The notes under the pieces are model-generated. The model was not told where the DNA came from and did not search any database. It saw only the letters and a program-made list of their open reading frames with translations. From Alphaproteobacteria bacterium (GTDB lineage: Bacteria > Pseudomonadota > Alphaproteobacteria > CAAHEQ01 > UBA3637): a stretch of 54,104 nt of DNA. Both the position numbers and the translations under genes were made by a program. The DNA is taken from contig JAFTEW010000055.1 of assembly GCA_017453485.1 (NCBI GenBank), positions 1 to 54,104 on the forward strand. Direction: 5' to 3'. How positions within the stretch are numbered: position 1 is the first letter of the stretch; every line of letters begins with the position of its first letter. This document shows positions 26,296 to 36,515 of this stretch, in pieces.

Positions 26296-27611
26296 AACGG
26301 TATTTATCCTGGGTGATGGCCAAGGCCGGTCGATTACCGGGAACCAAGTGGCGTCTGATGTTGTTGTTGACATTGGGAATATGGTTGAAATCTCTGGCGT
26401 GTGTTTGTTGGGATGTCGGATCTGTTGCTCTGTTGATACAGCGTAATCGTCTTTACACTTTGGGTATGGATATGATTTTGGCAGCCGCAATGCTGGCATC
26501 GGTTGGATTTTATCTGTGGCGATTGGAACGAAAAAAAGGAGTCGGATCGGTCGGCCTGGGGAATATGTGTATTTTGTTGGCCGGTTTCGGTCTGCTTTTA
26601 AAAGAATACGGTGATTGGCTCAGAATTGATGATTTTCTGTTTATTTTAAAATACGTATTTTATTTGGTTCTGACAACTTCTTTTTGGGCTGTTGCCAAAA
26701 GATTTGTGAAGATTCGGTTCACCTCTTTAAAGTTTTTATCCCTGTTTTGTCTGGAACTGGGCAGTATCGGGTTGACCGGTGGATGGATTGTTTTATCAAC
26801 ATTCAGCCCGACGGCTTTATTGATTATATCCTTGTTTGCCATGATCGGATTGGTATTGGTATTTCAAACCATCTTTGACTTAGCCCCTGTTCCGCCGGAA
26901 TCTTTTATTCGTCGAACCGACGGGATTCAAGATGTTTTTGAACGGCCTCTGGTATTGAATATTTTATCATTGGCATTCGTTTCTTCGGCGGCTCGGGCTT
27001 TAACGGAAGCGGTTTTGTATATTAAATTGGAATCCACCGGTATTATGCCGGTGACCGTTTTGGGGCTGGTTTGGGCTTTGTTTGGTATATTAGGGCTGAT
27101 GATGGTCTTGGTTTTATATCATACCCGATATATCTATACGACTTTATCGGGTATGTTGATCTTCGGTTTCAGTGTGATTGCTACCGGTCGGATGGCCTTA
27201 GAAGCTCACAGCGGTCCGGTTGCCAGCGGGTATCTGATGCTGTTGCTGGGGACGCATTTTTATTTGAATGGGTATATGCAACTGTTGCCCCGTGTTTTAT
27301 CCGGTGGGATAGGGACCCGGTTGAAAAAGCGCATTATGACCGTATCGGCTCCGTTGGGGTTTGTTTTGTGTGGGACAATTTGTTTGAATCTGAAAGGATC
27401 GGTGCCGGCCTATTGTCTGATGGGGTTAGGAGGGGCTATTATCCTGATCACGTTACGGGCAACGGCCTTGTATAACCAGGTGCTGTTCCGGATGTTAAAA
27501 ATGCGAATATGGCGTAACGGTCCGTTAATGATTCCCTATGCCCGAACAGTTTCCTGCTTAAACAAAATGTTAAACGGTTCTTGTGTTGATGATGTGATAT
27601 ACGCCCTTTAA
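26292..27611 (+). CDS. Polytopic membrane protein (MFS/TLC-like?), possibly the N-terminal part of a longer membrane-HEAT protein
   Basis: 439 aa with roughly 10-12 hydrophobic segments. It ends at TAA 27609-27611, which is in the same frame as the next ORF. Confidence 0.6.
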   Translation: MKRYLSWVMAKAGRLPGTKWRLMLLLTLGIWLKSLACVCWDVGSVALLIQRNRLYTLGMDMILAAAMLASVGFYLWRLERKKGVGSVGLGNMCILLAGFGLLLKEYGDWLRIDDFLFILKYVFYLVLTTSFWAVAKRFVKIRFTSLKFLSLFCLELGSIGLTGGWIVLSTFSPTALLIISLFAMIGLVLVFQTIFDLAPVPPESFIRRTDGIQDVFERPLVLNILSLAFVSSAARALTEAVLYIKLESTGIMPVTVLGLVWALFGILGLMMVLVLYHTRYIYTTLSGMLIFGFSVIATGRMALEAHSGPVASGYLMLLLGTHFYLNGYMQLLPRVLSGGIGTRLKKRIMTVSAPLGFVLCGTICLNLKGSVPAYCLMGLGGAIILITLRATALYNQVLFRMLKMRIWRNGPLMIPYARTVSCLNKMLNGSCVDDVIYAL

Positions 27612-27650
27612 ATTTTAAAAACAGCTCATCACCCGCTCTATGAAGCTGCT

Positions 27651-29051
27651 TTGGTAAAGGCATTATCTCATTCAATGAAAAAAGTGCGCTTGTTTGCTCT
27701 GGAACAGATGCGCTTGTTATATCGGTTTCCGACATATCAAAATTTATATCGAAATATTTTAGAACAGGATACCGAAAATGCGGTGCGTCGTGCGGCATTA
27801 ACCAATTTGATTTTATCGGATTCAAAACCTGAAAAATACTTACCTCGATTAACGGACCGAGTGTTGAAAATTGGTGCTGTTGAGGGTTTTTTATGTTTAG
27901 GAAAAACGTTCATGGAACCGGCCGTAACAACCTTAAAAGGACTATTGGAATCAAAAAATTCAAAGGATAATATAGCGGCTTTACGTCTGGTTTTTGAATA
28001 TCCGCACCCAGTCTTTGCCAAAGAAGTCATGACCCTTTTGAAGCACCCTGAACGCAGGGTTGTCCAACGGGCGTTAATGGCAGCCGGAGCTTTGAAGGAT
28101 CCACAAATGTTGCCCCGTATTTTCCGGGCTTTGGATGATTCGTTCTTACAGGAATATGCCTTACAGGCATTGGCAATATACGGCAAGTCAGCCCTGCCAC
28201 CGATTGAAAAAATGATTATAAAAGAACAGACACCGGCATTACAACGTAAACAATTAATTTTATTCCTAGGGTCTTTATCCAGTGGTGAAGGCAAACAAAT
28301 TTTGCTGCGGGCTTTATCCATCAATAATCAAAAATTACGGAAAACAATTATTCAAAATATTTTAGATTCCCAAATTATTTGGATACAGTCAGAAAAGAAA
28401 ATGATTCTGCGGCAATGCTTGGAAAGGGACATCAACCGCATTTCCTGGCTGATGCATTTGCGGGAAGTTTTTATGAATGCACCAACCCATGAATCCGAGG
28501 AAGCTTTCGGATTCTTTTTGCGGGCTATTCAGGAAGATATTGATGATACGCGGGAGTTGATACTTTATCAACTATTATTGTTGAAAAACAACGAAATGTT
28601 TGCCCATGCCGTTCGGATATTATTGACTGATTCTTATGAATTATATCTGCCGGCCATGGGATTGATTCAGGATTTGGTCCCCAATCGTCTGTATCGTAAA
28701 TTAAAGCCGACGCTTTTGTTGCCGTTATCCCAAAAACGCAAAAACACGTTATCGGGGTTAACTCCGGATGCTGCTGCGGAAGCCTTGGGCGAAGTTATTG
28801 TTAATCCGCCATTCGCGGTTAATCATTGGATTCGGGCAACGGCATTGTATGCTTTGCGGCGGCTGGGTTCTCCCGAAGGGATTCCGTTGGCTGAGGCTGC
28901 CTTGTCAGATATGCATCCGATTGTATTGGAAGCAGCCGTTTGGGCGTTGGTGCGGCTGCAACCAAATCAGGAATTACTTCATCAAAAATTATTGACTATC
29001 CCGACAAGCCGGCTTTCCCGTTTGTCATTGGATCAGTTGTTGGAAAGTTAG
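27651..29051 (+). CDS. HEAT-repeat (PBS-lyase-type) protein
   Basis: Repeated ..VRRAAL.NL.. / VVQRALMAAGALKDPQMLP / IRATALYALRRLGSPEGIPLAEAALSDMHPIVLEAAVWALVRL signatures. The ORF-track start is a TTG, and the first ATG (27675) has no strong RBS. The 13 codons back to the upstream TAA contain no stop. Confidence 0.6.
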   Translation: MVKALSHSMKKVRLFALEQMRLLYRFPTYQNLYRNILEQDTENAVRRAALTNLILSDSKPEKYLPRLTDRVLKIGAVEGFLCLGKTFMEPAVTTLKGLLESKNSKDNIAALRLVFEYPHPVFAKEVMTLLKHPERRVVQRALMAAGALKDPQMLPRIFRALDDSFLQEYALQALAIYGKSALPPIEKMIIKEQTPALQRKQLILFLGSLSSGEGKQILLRALSINNQKLRKTIIQNILDSQIIWIQSEKKMILRQCLERDINRISWLMHLREVFMNAPTHESEEAFGFFLRAIQEDIDDTRELILYQLLLLKNNEMFAHAVRILLTDSYELYLPAMGLIQDLVPNRLYRKLKPTLLLPLSQKRKNTLSGLTPDAAAEALGEVIVNPPFAVNHWIRATALYALRRLGSPEGIPLAEAALSDMHPIVLEAAVWALVRLQPNQELLHQKLLTIPTSRLSRLSLDQLLES

Positions 29052-29062
29052 AAGAGGAAAAA

Positions 29063-29485
29063 ATGATTACATATGAAAAAGTTTTGGTTCTGAAAAATAT
29101 TCCGTTTTTTGCCGAAGCATCCGAATTAGCCTTATCGGATTTAATTGCTGTTTGTGAAGAACATACCGTTAAAACCGGTGATATTATTGTTCATGAAGGG
29201 GAAGAAAATAAATATCTGTTTATGATATTATTGGGAAATGCTCACGTTATTGACCGAGATGGTGTTTTAATCGCCGAGGTTGGTGCTCGTCAGGTTTTCG
29301 GAGAAACAACGGTAATGAGTCCGGCTATTTTACCATACAGGGTGGTGGCTCAAACACAGACAACGTTTCTGCGTGTCAGCGGTGATCAACTTTATCGGAT
29401 GATGGCATTGCATCCGTCATTGGCTCAGGGCTTTATCGGTGAATTATCCAAGAGATTGCGCCAGTTGCAAATCAAAAATATATAA
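29063..29485 (+). CDS. Cyclic-nucleotide-binding domain protein (stand-alone cNMP domain)
   Basis: The ATG at 29063 follows gaagagga. LKNIPFFAEASELALSDL...GDIIVHEGEENKYLFMILLG...VFGE...YRVVAQT is the cNMP-binding beta-roll pattern. Confidence 0.8.
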   Translation: MITYEKVLVLKNIPFFAEASELALSDLIAVCEEHTVKTGDIIVHEGEENKYLFMILLGNAHVIDRDGVLIAEVGARQVFGETTVMSPAILPYRVVAQTQTTFLRVSGDQLYRMMALHPSLAQGFIGELSKRLRQLQIKNI

Positions 29486-29493
29486 AAAAGATT

Positions 29494-29517
29494 TGCTTTT
29501 TTTGAAAAAGCATTTTA
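29494..29517 (+). terminator. Terminator-like hairpin
   Basis: Stem tgcttttt / aaaaagca with loop ttg, followed by ttttatatt. Confidence 0.4.
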
Positions 29518-29549
29518 TATTGAACCCATTATGAAAGGGGAAATTATCA

Positions 29550-30530
29550 ATGGTTCAGAAAAAAGCACAGAAGAAAAACAATAAAGCGGTGTTGACACAT
29601 CAGGCTATACAGCCCGTGAAGCCTAATCCGCTGCCGGTATCAATAGCACCTGTTGCCACACGTTCGGTTAATAATCCGGTCCTGGCTTGTATTTTGTCAA
29701 TTGTGGTAGCCGTTGTTTATTTCTTTGTCGGCAATTTGTTTATGCAAATGGCCGTTCGGGAAAATTTCTGCCAAATTCGTTATAGTGAAAAAGCAAAACC
29801 GATGGGGGAAGTTGTTGCCGTTATTGATGGGGATAAAGTGTATATGTCCGAGATTCGGGAATATGCCAAATCAATACCCCAATTGGCGGACTTACCATTG
29901 GAAATGATTTATCCGCAATTGTTGGAAACGGTTGTCAACTCTCGCGTTTTGCAACGGGCAGCCGAAAAGGCCGGTGTGGAAAGTTTGGCCGCGGTGCAAC
30001 AATCTCTGCAAATAGCGCATGATCAGATTATTGCCCAAGCTTATTTGGACCGACGTTTAAAGGCTATGCAATCGGATAATCGGTTGCAGCGGCTGTATGA
30101 AGAAGAAATGAAATCTTTTAAACCGGTTGAAGAAGTGCATGCCCGCCATATTTTGGTTAAGACGGAAGAAGAAGCAAAAGACATCTTAATTCAACTGAGA
30201 GCCGGTGCTTCTTTCGGTATGTTGGCAAATAAATATTCTTTGGATAAATCCAGTCCGGATGGTGACTTGGGATATTTTACCGAGGATATGATGATTCCTG
30301 AGTTTGGAAAAGCCGTGTTTGCTTTAAAGGTTGAGCAATTATCCGAACCAATCAAAACGCCGTTCGGATGGCATGTTGTTTTATTGGAAGATCGCCGTCA
30401 AACGACACCGCCGGCTTTTGATGAAGTTAAGTCCGATTTACGCAAGATTTTGATGGAACAGGATATGAAAACGGTTTTAGAAGATGAACGTAAGATTCAA
30501 AAAGTGATCATCAAAAAACCGAAGTTATAA
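29550..30530 (+). CDS. Membrane-anchored parvulin-type peptidyl-prolyl cis-trans isomerase
   Basis: N-terminal TM helix (VLACILSIVVAVVYFFVGNLF), a SurA/PpiD-like chaperone region, and a PpiC domain HARHILVKTEEEAKDI...GDLGYFTEDMMIPEFGKAVF...TPFGWHVVLLEDRR. Confidence 0.88.
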   Translation: MVQKKAQKKNNKAVLTHQAIQPVKPNPLPVSIAPVATRSVNNPVLACILSIVVAVVYFFVGNLFMQMAVRENFCQIRYSEKAKPMGEVVAVIDGDKVYMSEIREYAKSIPQLADLPLEMIYPQLLETVVNSRVLQRAAEKAGVESLAAVQQSLQIAHDQIIAQAYLDRRLKAMQSDNRLQRLYEEEMKSFKPVEEVHARHILVKTEEEAKDILIQLRAGASFGMLANKYSLDKSSPDGDLGYFTEDMMIPEFGKAVFALKVEQLSEPIKTPFGWHVVLLEDRRQTTPPAFDEVKSDLRKILMEQDMKTVLEDERKIQKVIIKKPKL

Positions 30531-30548
30531 ATCGAATATATCATGCCA

Positions 30549-30579
30549 TCGGGGAGGCTTCGTCCTCCCCGATTTTTTG
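30549..30579 (+). terminator. Rho-independent terminator after the PPIase gene
   Basis: Stem tcggggagg / cctccccga with loop cttcg, followed by tttttt. Confidence 0.8.
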
Positions 30580-30635
30580 TGATTTTACAGAACCGTAAAA
30601 TAACCGAAAATCGGTTCTTTTTTCATGAAAAAAGA

Positions 30636-30664
30636 TTGCAAAAATATTTAAAATCCGATATACT
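30636..30664 (+). promoter_or_regulatory. Candidate dcw-cluster promoter: TTGCAA, 17-nt spacer, TATACT
   Basis: The -35 is at 30636-30641 and the -10 at 30659-30664, 40 nt upstream of the rsmH ATG. No mraZ ORF lies between the terminator and rsmH. Confidence 0.5.
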
Positions 30665-30703
30665 CGATGAATACTATGAAATGTTTGTTTTTAAAGGTGT
30701 CAT

Positions 30704-31621
30704 ATGGAAGCAGTATCTCACATTCCGGTTTTATTGGATGAGGTGTTGGAATACTTGAATTGTCGGACAGGGGGAACCTATATTGACGGAACCTTCGGTG
30801 CCGGCGGATATACCCGTGCCATTTTGGATGCCAATGCAAATAATCATGTTATCGGCTTTGATCGGGATCCAGATGCGACCGTGGCCGGTTTAACGGTTGA
30901 GGGACAATACCCGAATCGCTTTTCCTTTATTCATGATTGTTTCGGGAATATGGCAACCTATTTGGATGAACCGGTTGACGGTATCGTTTTGGATTTGGGC
31001 GTATCTTCTATGCAAATTGATGAACCGGGACGCGGTTTTTCCTTCCGATTGGACGGGCCGTTGGATATGCGGATGGGGCAGACGGGAAAATCCGCTAAAG
31101 ACTATGTGAACAGCTTGTCGGAAAAAGAGTTAGCAGATATTATTTTTACATATGGGGAAGAAAAAGCCTCTCGTCGAATTGCATCGGCCATTGTTCGGAC
31201 ACGGGGACAACATCCGATTGTCACAACGGCACAATTGGCAGACATTATTCATTCTGTTATGCCGAAACCAAAAGATGGCTCCGACAGTGCCATGCGCACG
31301 TTTCAGGCTTTACGGATTTATGTTAATGACGAATTGGGAGAATTAGAGCGGGCATTGGATGCCGCTGTTCATCTGTTAAAACCAAACGGACGTTTGGTAG
31401 TTGTCTCCTTTCATTCCTTGGAAGATCGGTTGGTTAAAAACTTTTTGATACATAATTCAACGGCGCATGTGCATCAAAACAGGTATGCTCCCGAAATGAA
31501 AACGGAAGCCGGTTTGTTTCATATCATGACCCGTAAGCCGGTTACGCCGGGGGACGTTGAACTTGTGAAAAATCCCCGTTCGCATTCGGCCAAATTACGG
31601 GCGGCTTGGAGGCAAGCTTAA
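30704..31621 (+). CDS. rsmH: 16S rRNA (cytosine1402-N4)-methyltransferase
   Basis: HIPVLLDEVLEYL, DGTFGAGGYTRAIL, DLGVSSMQIDEPGRGFSF and SFHSLEDRLVK are canonical MraW/RsmH motifs. Confidence 0.96.
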   Translation: MEAVSHIPVLLDEVLEYLNCRTGGTYIDGTFGAGGYTRAILDANANNHVIGFDRDPDATVAGLTVEGQYPNRFSFIHDCFGNMATYLDEPVDGIVLDLGVSSMQIDEPGRGFSFRLDGPLDMRMGQTGKSAKDYVNSLSEKELADIIFTYGEEKASRRIASAIVRTRGQHPIVTTAQLADIIHSVMPKPKDGSDSAMRTFQALRIYVNDELGELERALDAAVHLLKPNGRLVVVSFHSLEDRLVKNFLIHNSTAHVHQNRYAPEMKTEAGLFHIMTRKPVTPGDVELVKNPRSHSAKLRAAWRQA

Positions 31622-31957
31622 ATGAAACGATGGTTGGTTGATTTGGTTTGTCTGTTAATGGCAATGGGAGCCTGTATTCAGATGTTTGCTCTGAAATATC
31701 GTGTCATTGACAAGGAAGAAGAATTAAAAACCATCCACCGGCAGATTTTAAAGGATAGTCGGGATATTCATATGTTGGAAGCTGCCTGGGCCAGCCAAAA
31801 TAATCCGGAAACACTTTACCGTTTAGTGGTGGCCCAAACGGGATTAAAGCCGATAGAGGCTGATCAGATGGTTACGCTGGATTCATTACCGATGCGCTTG
31901 GTGCCACCACCAATGGTGAAACCGGATTTTTCTGATGAGAATGAGGCTTCCCAATGA
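31622..31957 (+). CDS. ftsL: Cell division protein FtsL (alpha-type)
   Basis: 111-aa bitopic protein (TM LVDLVCLLMAMGACIQMFAL, then a coiled coil) in the conserved position between rsmH and ftsI. Confidence 0.8.
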   Translation: MKRWLVDLVCLLMAMGACIQMFALKYRVIDKEEELKTIHRQILKDSRDIHMLEAAWASQNNPETLYRLVVAQTGLKPIEADQMVTLDSLPMRLVPPPMVKPDFSDENEASQ

Positions 31958-33699
31958 TGCATCGTAAACGGGAAACATATTATTATGTCGGTGTTGAGAT
32001 TCCGTCTCGGGGATTGGATCGATATCGATGCCTGGATGTGGCGACTAAGGGTGTTTTAGCAACGGCAAAGTCGCGAACAAACCTGATTATGGCAGTTATT
32101 TTGTTGGCTTTTATGATCATTATCGGACGCCTTTATTTTTTGACTGTTGTGAATTACCAAGCCCGTAATTTTAAACCATCCGTTTTAAAAACAGATGTGG
32201 CTTTTGGGCGAAAAAATATTTTGGATCGGAACGGTATTGTGTTGGCGACCAATATCCCGACCAAGGATCTATCTGTCAATCCGCAAAAAATAAAAGATCC
32301 GGAACAAACGGCTCGGGCTTTGGTGCGTGCACTGCCGGATTTGAAATATGATGAAGTTTATGAAAAGTTGACCAGTTCCGCTAATTTTAAGTATATTAAA
32401 CGCAATATCAATATGAATGAATGGGAATCGGTTTTATGGGTCGGTAATCCGTATTTGGAAGAAGTTGATAATGAAAAAAGAGTTTATCCCCAGGGGCGAT
32501 TATTTGCGCATATCCTGGGCGGCGTCAATGTGGATAATATCGGCATTGCCGGTTTGGAAAAGGCCCATGAAGATGAATTGCAACAGGGGGATATTACCTT
32601 ATCATTGGATACGACCGTTCAGGGAATCGTTCGGCGTGTTTTGACAGAACGTATTCAAAAATATCAGGCTGTCGGCGGTTTCGGTATCGTGATGGATGTC
32701 AATAATGGGGAAGTGTTGGCACTGGTTTCCTTACCGGATTATGATCCGGAACAACCTGCGACACAGGCTACTATGTCGGATCGGTTTAATAAAGCAACGG
32801 TCGGGACGTATGAGTTCGGTTCTGTTTTCAAATTATTCAATACGGCAATGGCTTTGGAAAACGGGGATATTCGGCCGACGGATTCATTTGATGCAACCCG
32901 TAATTCTTTAAAAATCGGTAAAAAGATTATTGAAGATTTTAACGGCGGCGAAAACAGATCTTTATTGGTGCCGGAAATTTTAATGCATTCTTCTAATATC
33001 GGTTCTGCCCGGATAGCTTTGAAGGCCGGATGGCAAAAGCAAAAGGCCTTTTTTGAACGGTTAGGCTTTTATGATCAATTAGATATTGATTTGCCGGAAA
33101 AAGCTCGAACACAGGTCCCTAAACAATCCGTTTGGCCGGTCATTACATCGGCAACAGCGGCTTACGGCTATGGGATTTCCGTATCGGCATTACACGTGAT
33201 TGCTGCGGTCAGCGCGATTGCCAACGGAGGGTATTATCATACCCCGACTTTTATTAAAGGTGGGAATGACGGAAAGCCGGAAATTCAGGTTATCTCTCCG
33301 AACGTTTCCGAACAAATGCGTCATATGATGTGGGCGGTTATCAATTGGGATATTAAAAAGAATAATCCGGTCCGGCCCTATGCCGTCGGTGGTAAGACAG
33401 GAACGGCCGATATGATGGTGCAAGGTAAATATAACAAGAAAAGTTCTCGGACCAGTTTTGTTGGCGTTTTTCCGATGAATCGTCCCGAATATGCTGTCTT
33501 GGTCACCATTGAAGACCCTAAAAAAATAAAAGAGAACTGGTACTTTAATAATGCCGGTTGGACGGCAAAGCCGACCGGGGAAGAGATTATTGCCAAAATA
33601 GCTCCTTATTTGGGAGTTATGCCGCAGGAGCGGTGGGAGCAACCGGCCTATATTGAACGGGCCATTCAAGTCAGTCAGGAGCATAAAAAAAGAAAATGA
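31954..33699 (+). CDS. ftsI: Peptidoglycan D,D-transpeptidase FtsI (PBP3)
   Basis: TM anchor, PBP dimerisation domain and transpeptidase motifs SxxK (GSVFK), SxN (SSN) and KTG (GGKTGTA). Confidence 0.93.
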   Translation: MMHRKRETYYYVGVEIPSRGLDRYRCLDVATKGVLATAKSRTNLIMAVILLAFMIIIGRLYFLTVVNYQARNFKPSVLKTDVAFGRKNILDRNGIVLATNIPTKDLSVNPQKIKDPEQTARALVRALPDLKYDEVYEKLTSSANFKYIKRNINMNEWESVLWVGNPYLEEVDNEKRVYPQGRLFAHILGGVNVDNIGIAGLEKAHEDELQQGDITLSLDTTVQGIVRRVLTERIQKYQAVGGFGIVMDVNNGEVLALVSLPDYDPEQPATQATMSDRFNKATVGTYEFGSVFKLFNTAMALENGDIRPTDSFDATRNSLKIGKKIIEDFNGGENRSLLVPEILMHSSNIGSARIALKAGWQKQKAFFERLGFYDQLDIDLPEKARTQVPKQSVWPVITSATAAYGYGISVSALHVIAAVSAIANGGYYHTPTFIKGGNDGKPEIQVISPNVSEQMRHMMWAVINWDIKKNNPVRPYAVGGKTGTADMMVQGKYNKKSSRTSFVGVFPMNRPEYAVLVTIEDPKKIKENWYFNNAGWTAKPTGEEIIAKIAPYLGVMPQERWEQPAYIERAIQVSQEHKKRK

Positions 33700-36515
33700 A
33701 TTTATCAACATTACTCAAACAAATCGGTATAGAAACAAAAGGACAAAATTTGCCGGATATAACGGGCTTGGCTTTGCGGGCGGATGAGGTGCAGGCCGGT
33801 TTTGTGTTTGTAGCATTGAAGGGCATTAATAAAAACGGGATTGATTTTATTCCGACCGCTATTCAAAACGGAGCCGTTGCAGTGCTGGCCGAACAAGACA
33901 TTTCGGCATCCGTGCCGGTTGTTGTCTTGCCGGATTTAAGGCGAAAGGTATCCCGTCTGGCGGCTGCTTTTTATCCATCTGAAAAAGTTATCAAATTGGC
34001 GGTGACGGGGACGAATGGAAAAACTTCAACGGTGTTTTATGTGCAACAATTGTTAAATCGCTTGAATATTCAGGCGGCCAGTTTAGGCACTATCGGAATC
34101 GACATCGGGACGAATCATACGGCCGGTCATATGACAACACCGGATGCCGTGGCATTGAATAAAACATTAAATCATCTGCAAGCGCAAGGGATTCGGGTCG
34201 TGGCATTAGAAGCTTCCAGTCATGGTTTGGATCAAGGGCGTTTGGACGGATTAACATTTGCGGCCGGCGCTTTTACCAATTTAACCCAAGACCACTTGGA
34301 TTATCACAAAACGATGGAAGCATATTTGGCCGCCAAAGAACATTTATTCGCCGATTATGTGACTGCCGGCGGGTTTGCGGTTTTAAATGCGGATGATTCG
34401 TCTTTTGAACAATTAAAAACCATAGCCTTAAAACAAGGCGAAAAAGTTATTTCTTATGGTCGAAAGGGAATGGATTTGCAACTGATTCAACAAAAACCAA
34501 CTACCGATGGCCAAGATATAGTGTTAAAAGTATTTGGAAAAGAATATGCAACTCATTTAAATATCGTTGGCGATTTTCAAGCATCCAATCTCTGTGCGGC
34601 TTTGGGGCTCTGTTTAGGGGCTGGAGCCAAAGTTGAAGATTTAATTCCTTTATTGCCGACATTACAGGCTCCGACCGGTCGCTTGGAGTGGATGGGGGCA
34701 ACACCGACCGGTGGGCAAGTTTTTGTGGATTATGCTCATACACCGGATGCTGTGGAACGGGTTTTAAAATCTTTGCGGGCACATACCGAAAATCGGTTAA
34801 TTTGTGTGTTGGGTTGTGGCGGTAATCGGGATACGACCAAGCGGCCTTTGATGGGGGCTGCCGCAAATAATTTGGCTGATGTCGTCTATGTGACCGATGA
34901 TAATCCGCGTTTGGAAAATCCGGCCGATATCCGTCGGGCAATTATGGCGGCCTGTCCCAAAGGAATTGAAATGGGGAATCGGGAAGAAGCCATTCATGCG
35001 GCTATTGCCGATTTACGGGCCGGTGATGTTGTCGTTTTAGCCGGTAAAGGACATGAACCTGGACAAACGATCGGCACAACGGTCTATGCGATGGATGATC
35101 GGATTGAAGCAAAATTGGCTATTTTAAATCAGACAAAACAACCGATTTGGAATGCGGCGGATTTGGCGTTGGCCTTGTCTGTCCGTGTTCCGAAGCGTGT
35201 AGCTGCCTACGGTCTTTCCATAGATACCCGAACCATTCGGTTAGGGGATTTGTTTATTGCCTTAAAAGGAGAACAATCCGATGGACATGCCTATGTCAAA
35301 ATGGCTGTTGAAAAAGGGGCTGCCGCCTGTATTGTTGATCATTTGGTGGAACAGGTTCCGCCGGAAAAACAAATTTTGGTATCTGATACGATGGAGGCTT
35401 TGAATACATTGGCTAAATTTGCCCGAATGCGGAGTTCGGCAACCTTTATCGGTGTGACTGGATCTTCGGGGAAAACAACGGCCAAAGAAATGTTAAAAGC
35501 CTGTTTACGTGTTCAAGGAAAAACACATGCGACGGCAGGTAATTTTAATAATCAAATCGGAACGCCACTGACTTTGGCATCTATGCCGACGGATACCCGA
35601 TATGCCGTTATTGAAATGGGTATGAATCATGCCGGTGAATTGATGCATTTATCCGATATGGTTCGACCGGATGTGACCTTAATTACTTCAATCGGATCGG
35701 CGCATCGGGAATTTTTTAAAACAGAACAGGATGTTGCCACAGCCAAGTCGGAAATTTTTGATTATCAAAATCGGCAGGGCACGGCTGTTCTAAATGCGGA
35801 TAGCCCGTTTTACGCCTTTTTGAAAGAGGCCGCTTTGGGACAAAACATTCAACATATTTGTTCCTTTGGAGAATATGCCCGGGCGGATTATAAAATCATT
35901 TCCGAAACTATAACAGCAGAAGGAACCGATGTCGTGTTTGAAGCCTGTCATCAACCCTATCAAATGCGTTTAAATTTCTTGGGACATCATTTTGTGATGG
36001 ATGCTTTGGGCGTTTTAGCTGTTGTTCAGGCCGCCGGCGGTAATATTGAATCGGCTATTTCAGCCTTGGCAACGGTTCAGCCGGTTGCCGGTCGAGGTGC
36101 TCTTTTGACGATTGATTGGCAAGGGAAAAAAATAACCGTTATTGATGATGCTTATAATGCTAATCCGTCGTCGATGGCGGCGTCTATTGCTTCATTGGGA
36201 TTGCGCCGAGGAAAACGTAAAATTGCCGTTCTGGGCGATATGCTGGAACTGGGAAATACGGCAGTCCAAATGCATATGAATTTAAAAGCGAATTTAGAGG
36301 CTGCCGGGGTGGATAAAGTCTATACGGTCGGGCCGTTAATGAAAGAACTTTTTGAACAATTATCGTCCGATCAAAAGGGTGGTTGTGCCGATAAGGCTGC
36401 CGATATCGTCCCGATTTTAACAACCGATTTACAGGAAGGTGATATCGTTTTGGTTAAGGCCTCTCACGGAACCGGGTTACAAGTCATTATTCAAGCGTTG
36501 AAAGGAAATAAATAA
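33696..36515 (+). CDS. murE/murF: Fused MurE-MurF (meso-DAP-adding ligase plus D-Ala-D-Ala-adding ligase) in one 939-aa ORF
   Basis: The first half has [19 protein letters not shown] and AGKGHE (MurE). After about aa 480 comes a MurF-type N-terminus ([29 protein letters not shown]), then a second P-loop [14 protein letters not shown] and [11 protein letters not shown]. No stop or frameshift lies between the halves. Confidence 0.9.
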   Translation: MNLSTLLKQIGIETKGQNLPDITGLALRADEVQAGFVFVALKGINKNGIDFIPTAIQNGAVAVLAEQDISASVPVVVLPDLRRKVSRLAAAFYPSEKVIKLAVTGTNGKTSTVFYVQQLLNRLNIQAASLGTIGIDIGTNHTAGHMTTPDAVALNKTLNHLQAQGIRVVALEASSHGLDQGRLDGLTFAAGAFTNLTQDHLDYHKTMEAYLAAKEHLFADYVTAGGFAVLNADDSSFEQLKTIALKQGEKVISYGRKGMDLQLIQQKPTTDGQDIVLKVFGKEYATHLNIVGDFQASNLCAALGLCLGAGAKVEDLIPLLPTLQAPTGRLEWMGATPTGGQVFVDYAHTPDAVERVLKSLRAHTENRLICVLGCGGNRDTTKRPLMGAAANNLADVVYVTDDNPRLENPADIRRAIMAACPKGIEMGNREEAIHAAIADLRAGDVVVLAGKGHEPGQTIGTTVYAMDDRIEAKLAILNQTKQPIWNAADLALALSVRVPKRVAAYGLSIDTRTIRLGDLFIALKGEQSDGHAYVKMAVEKGAAACIVDHLVEQVPPEKQILVSDTMEALNTLAKFARMRSSATFIGVTGSSGKTTAKEMLKACLRVQGKTHATAGNFNNQIGTPLTLASMPTDTRYAVIEMGMNHAGELMHLSDMVRPDVTLITSIGSAHREFFKTEQDVATAKSEIFDYQNRQGTAVLNADSPFYAFLKEAALGQNIQHICSFGEYARADYKIISETITAEGTDVVFEACHQPYQMRLNFLGHHFVMDALGVLAVVQAAGGNIESAISALATVQPVAGRGALLTIDWQGKKITVIDDAYNANPSSMAASIASLGLRRGKRKIAVLGDMLELGNTAVQMHMNLKANLEAAGVDKVYTVGPLMKELFEQLSSDQKGGCADKAADIVPILTTDLQEGDIVLVKASHGTGLQVIIQALKGNK

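Noticed and set aside
27737-28324. 195-aa ORF antisense to the HEAT-repeat gene
   Set aside because: It has no motifs and lies antisense to a frame with clear HEAT-repeat periodicity.
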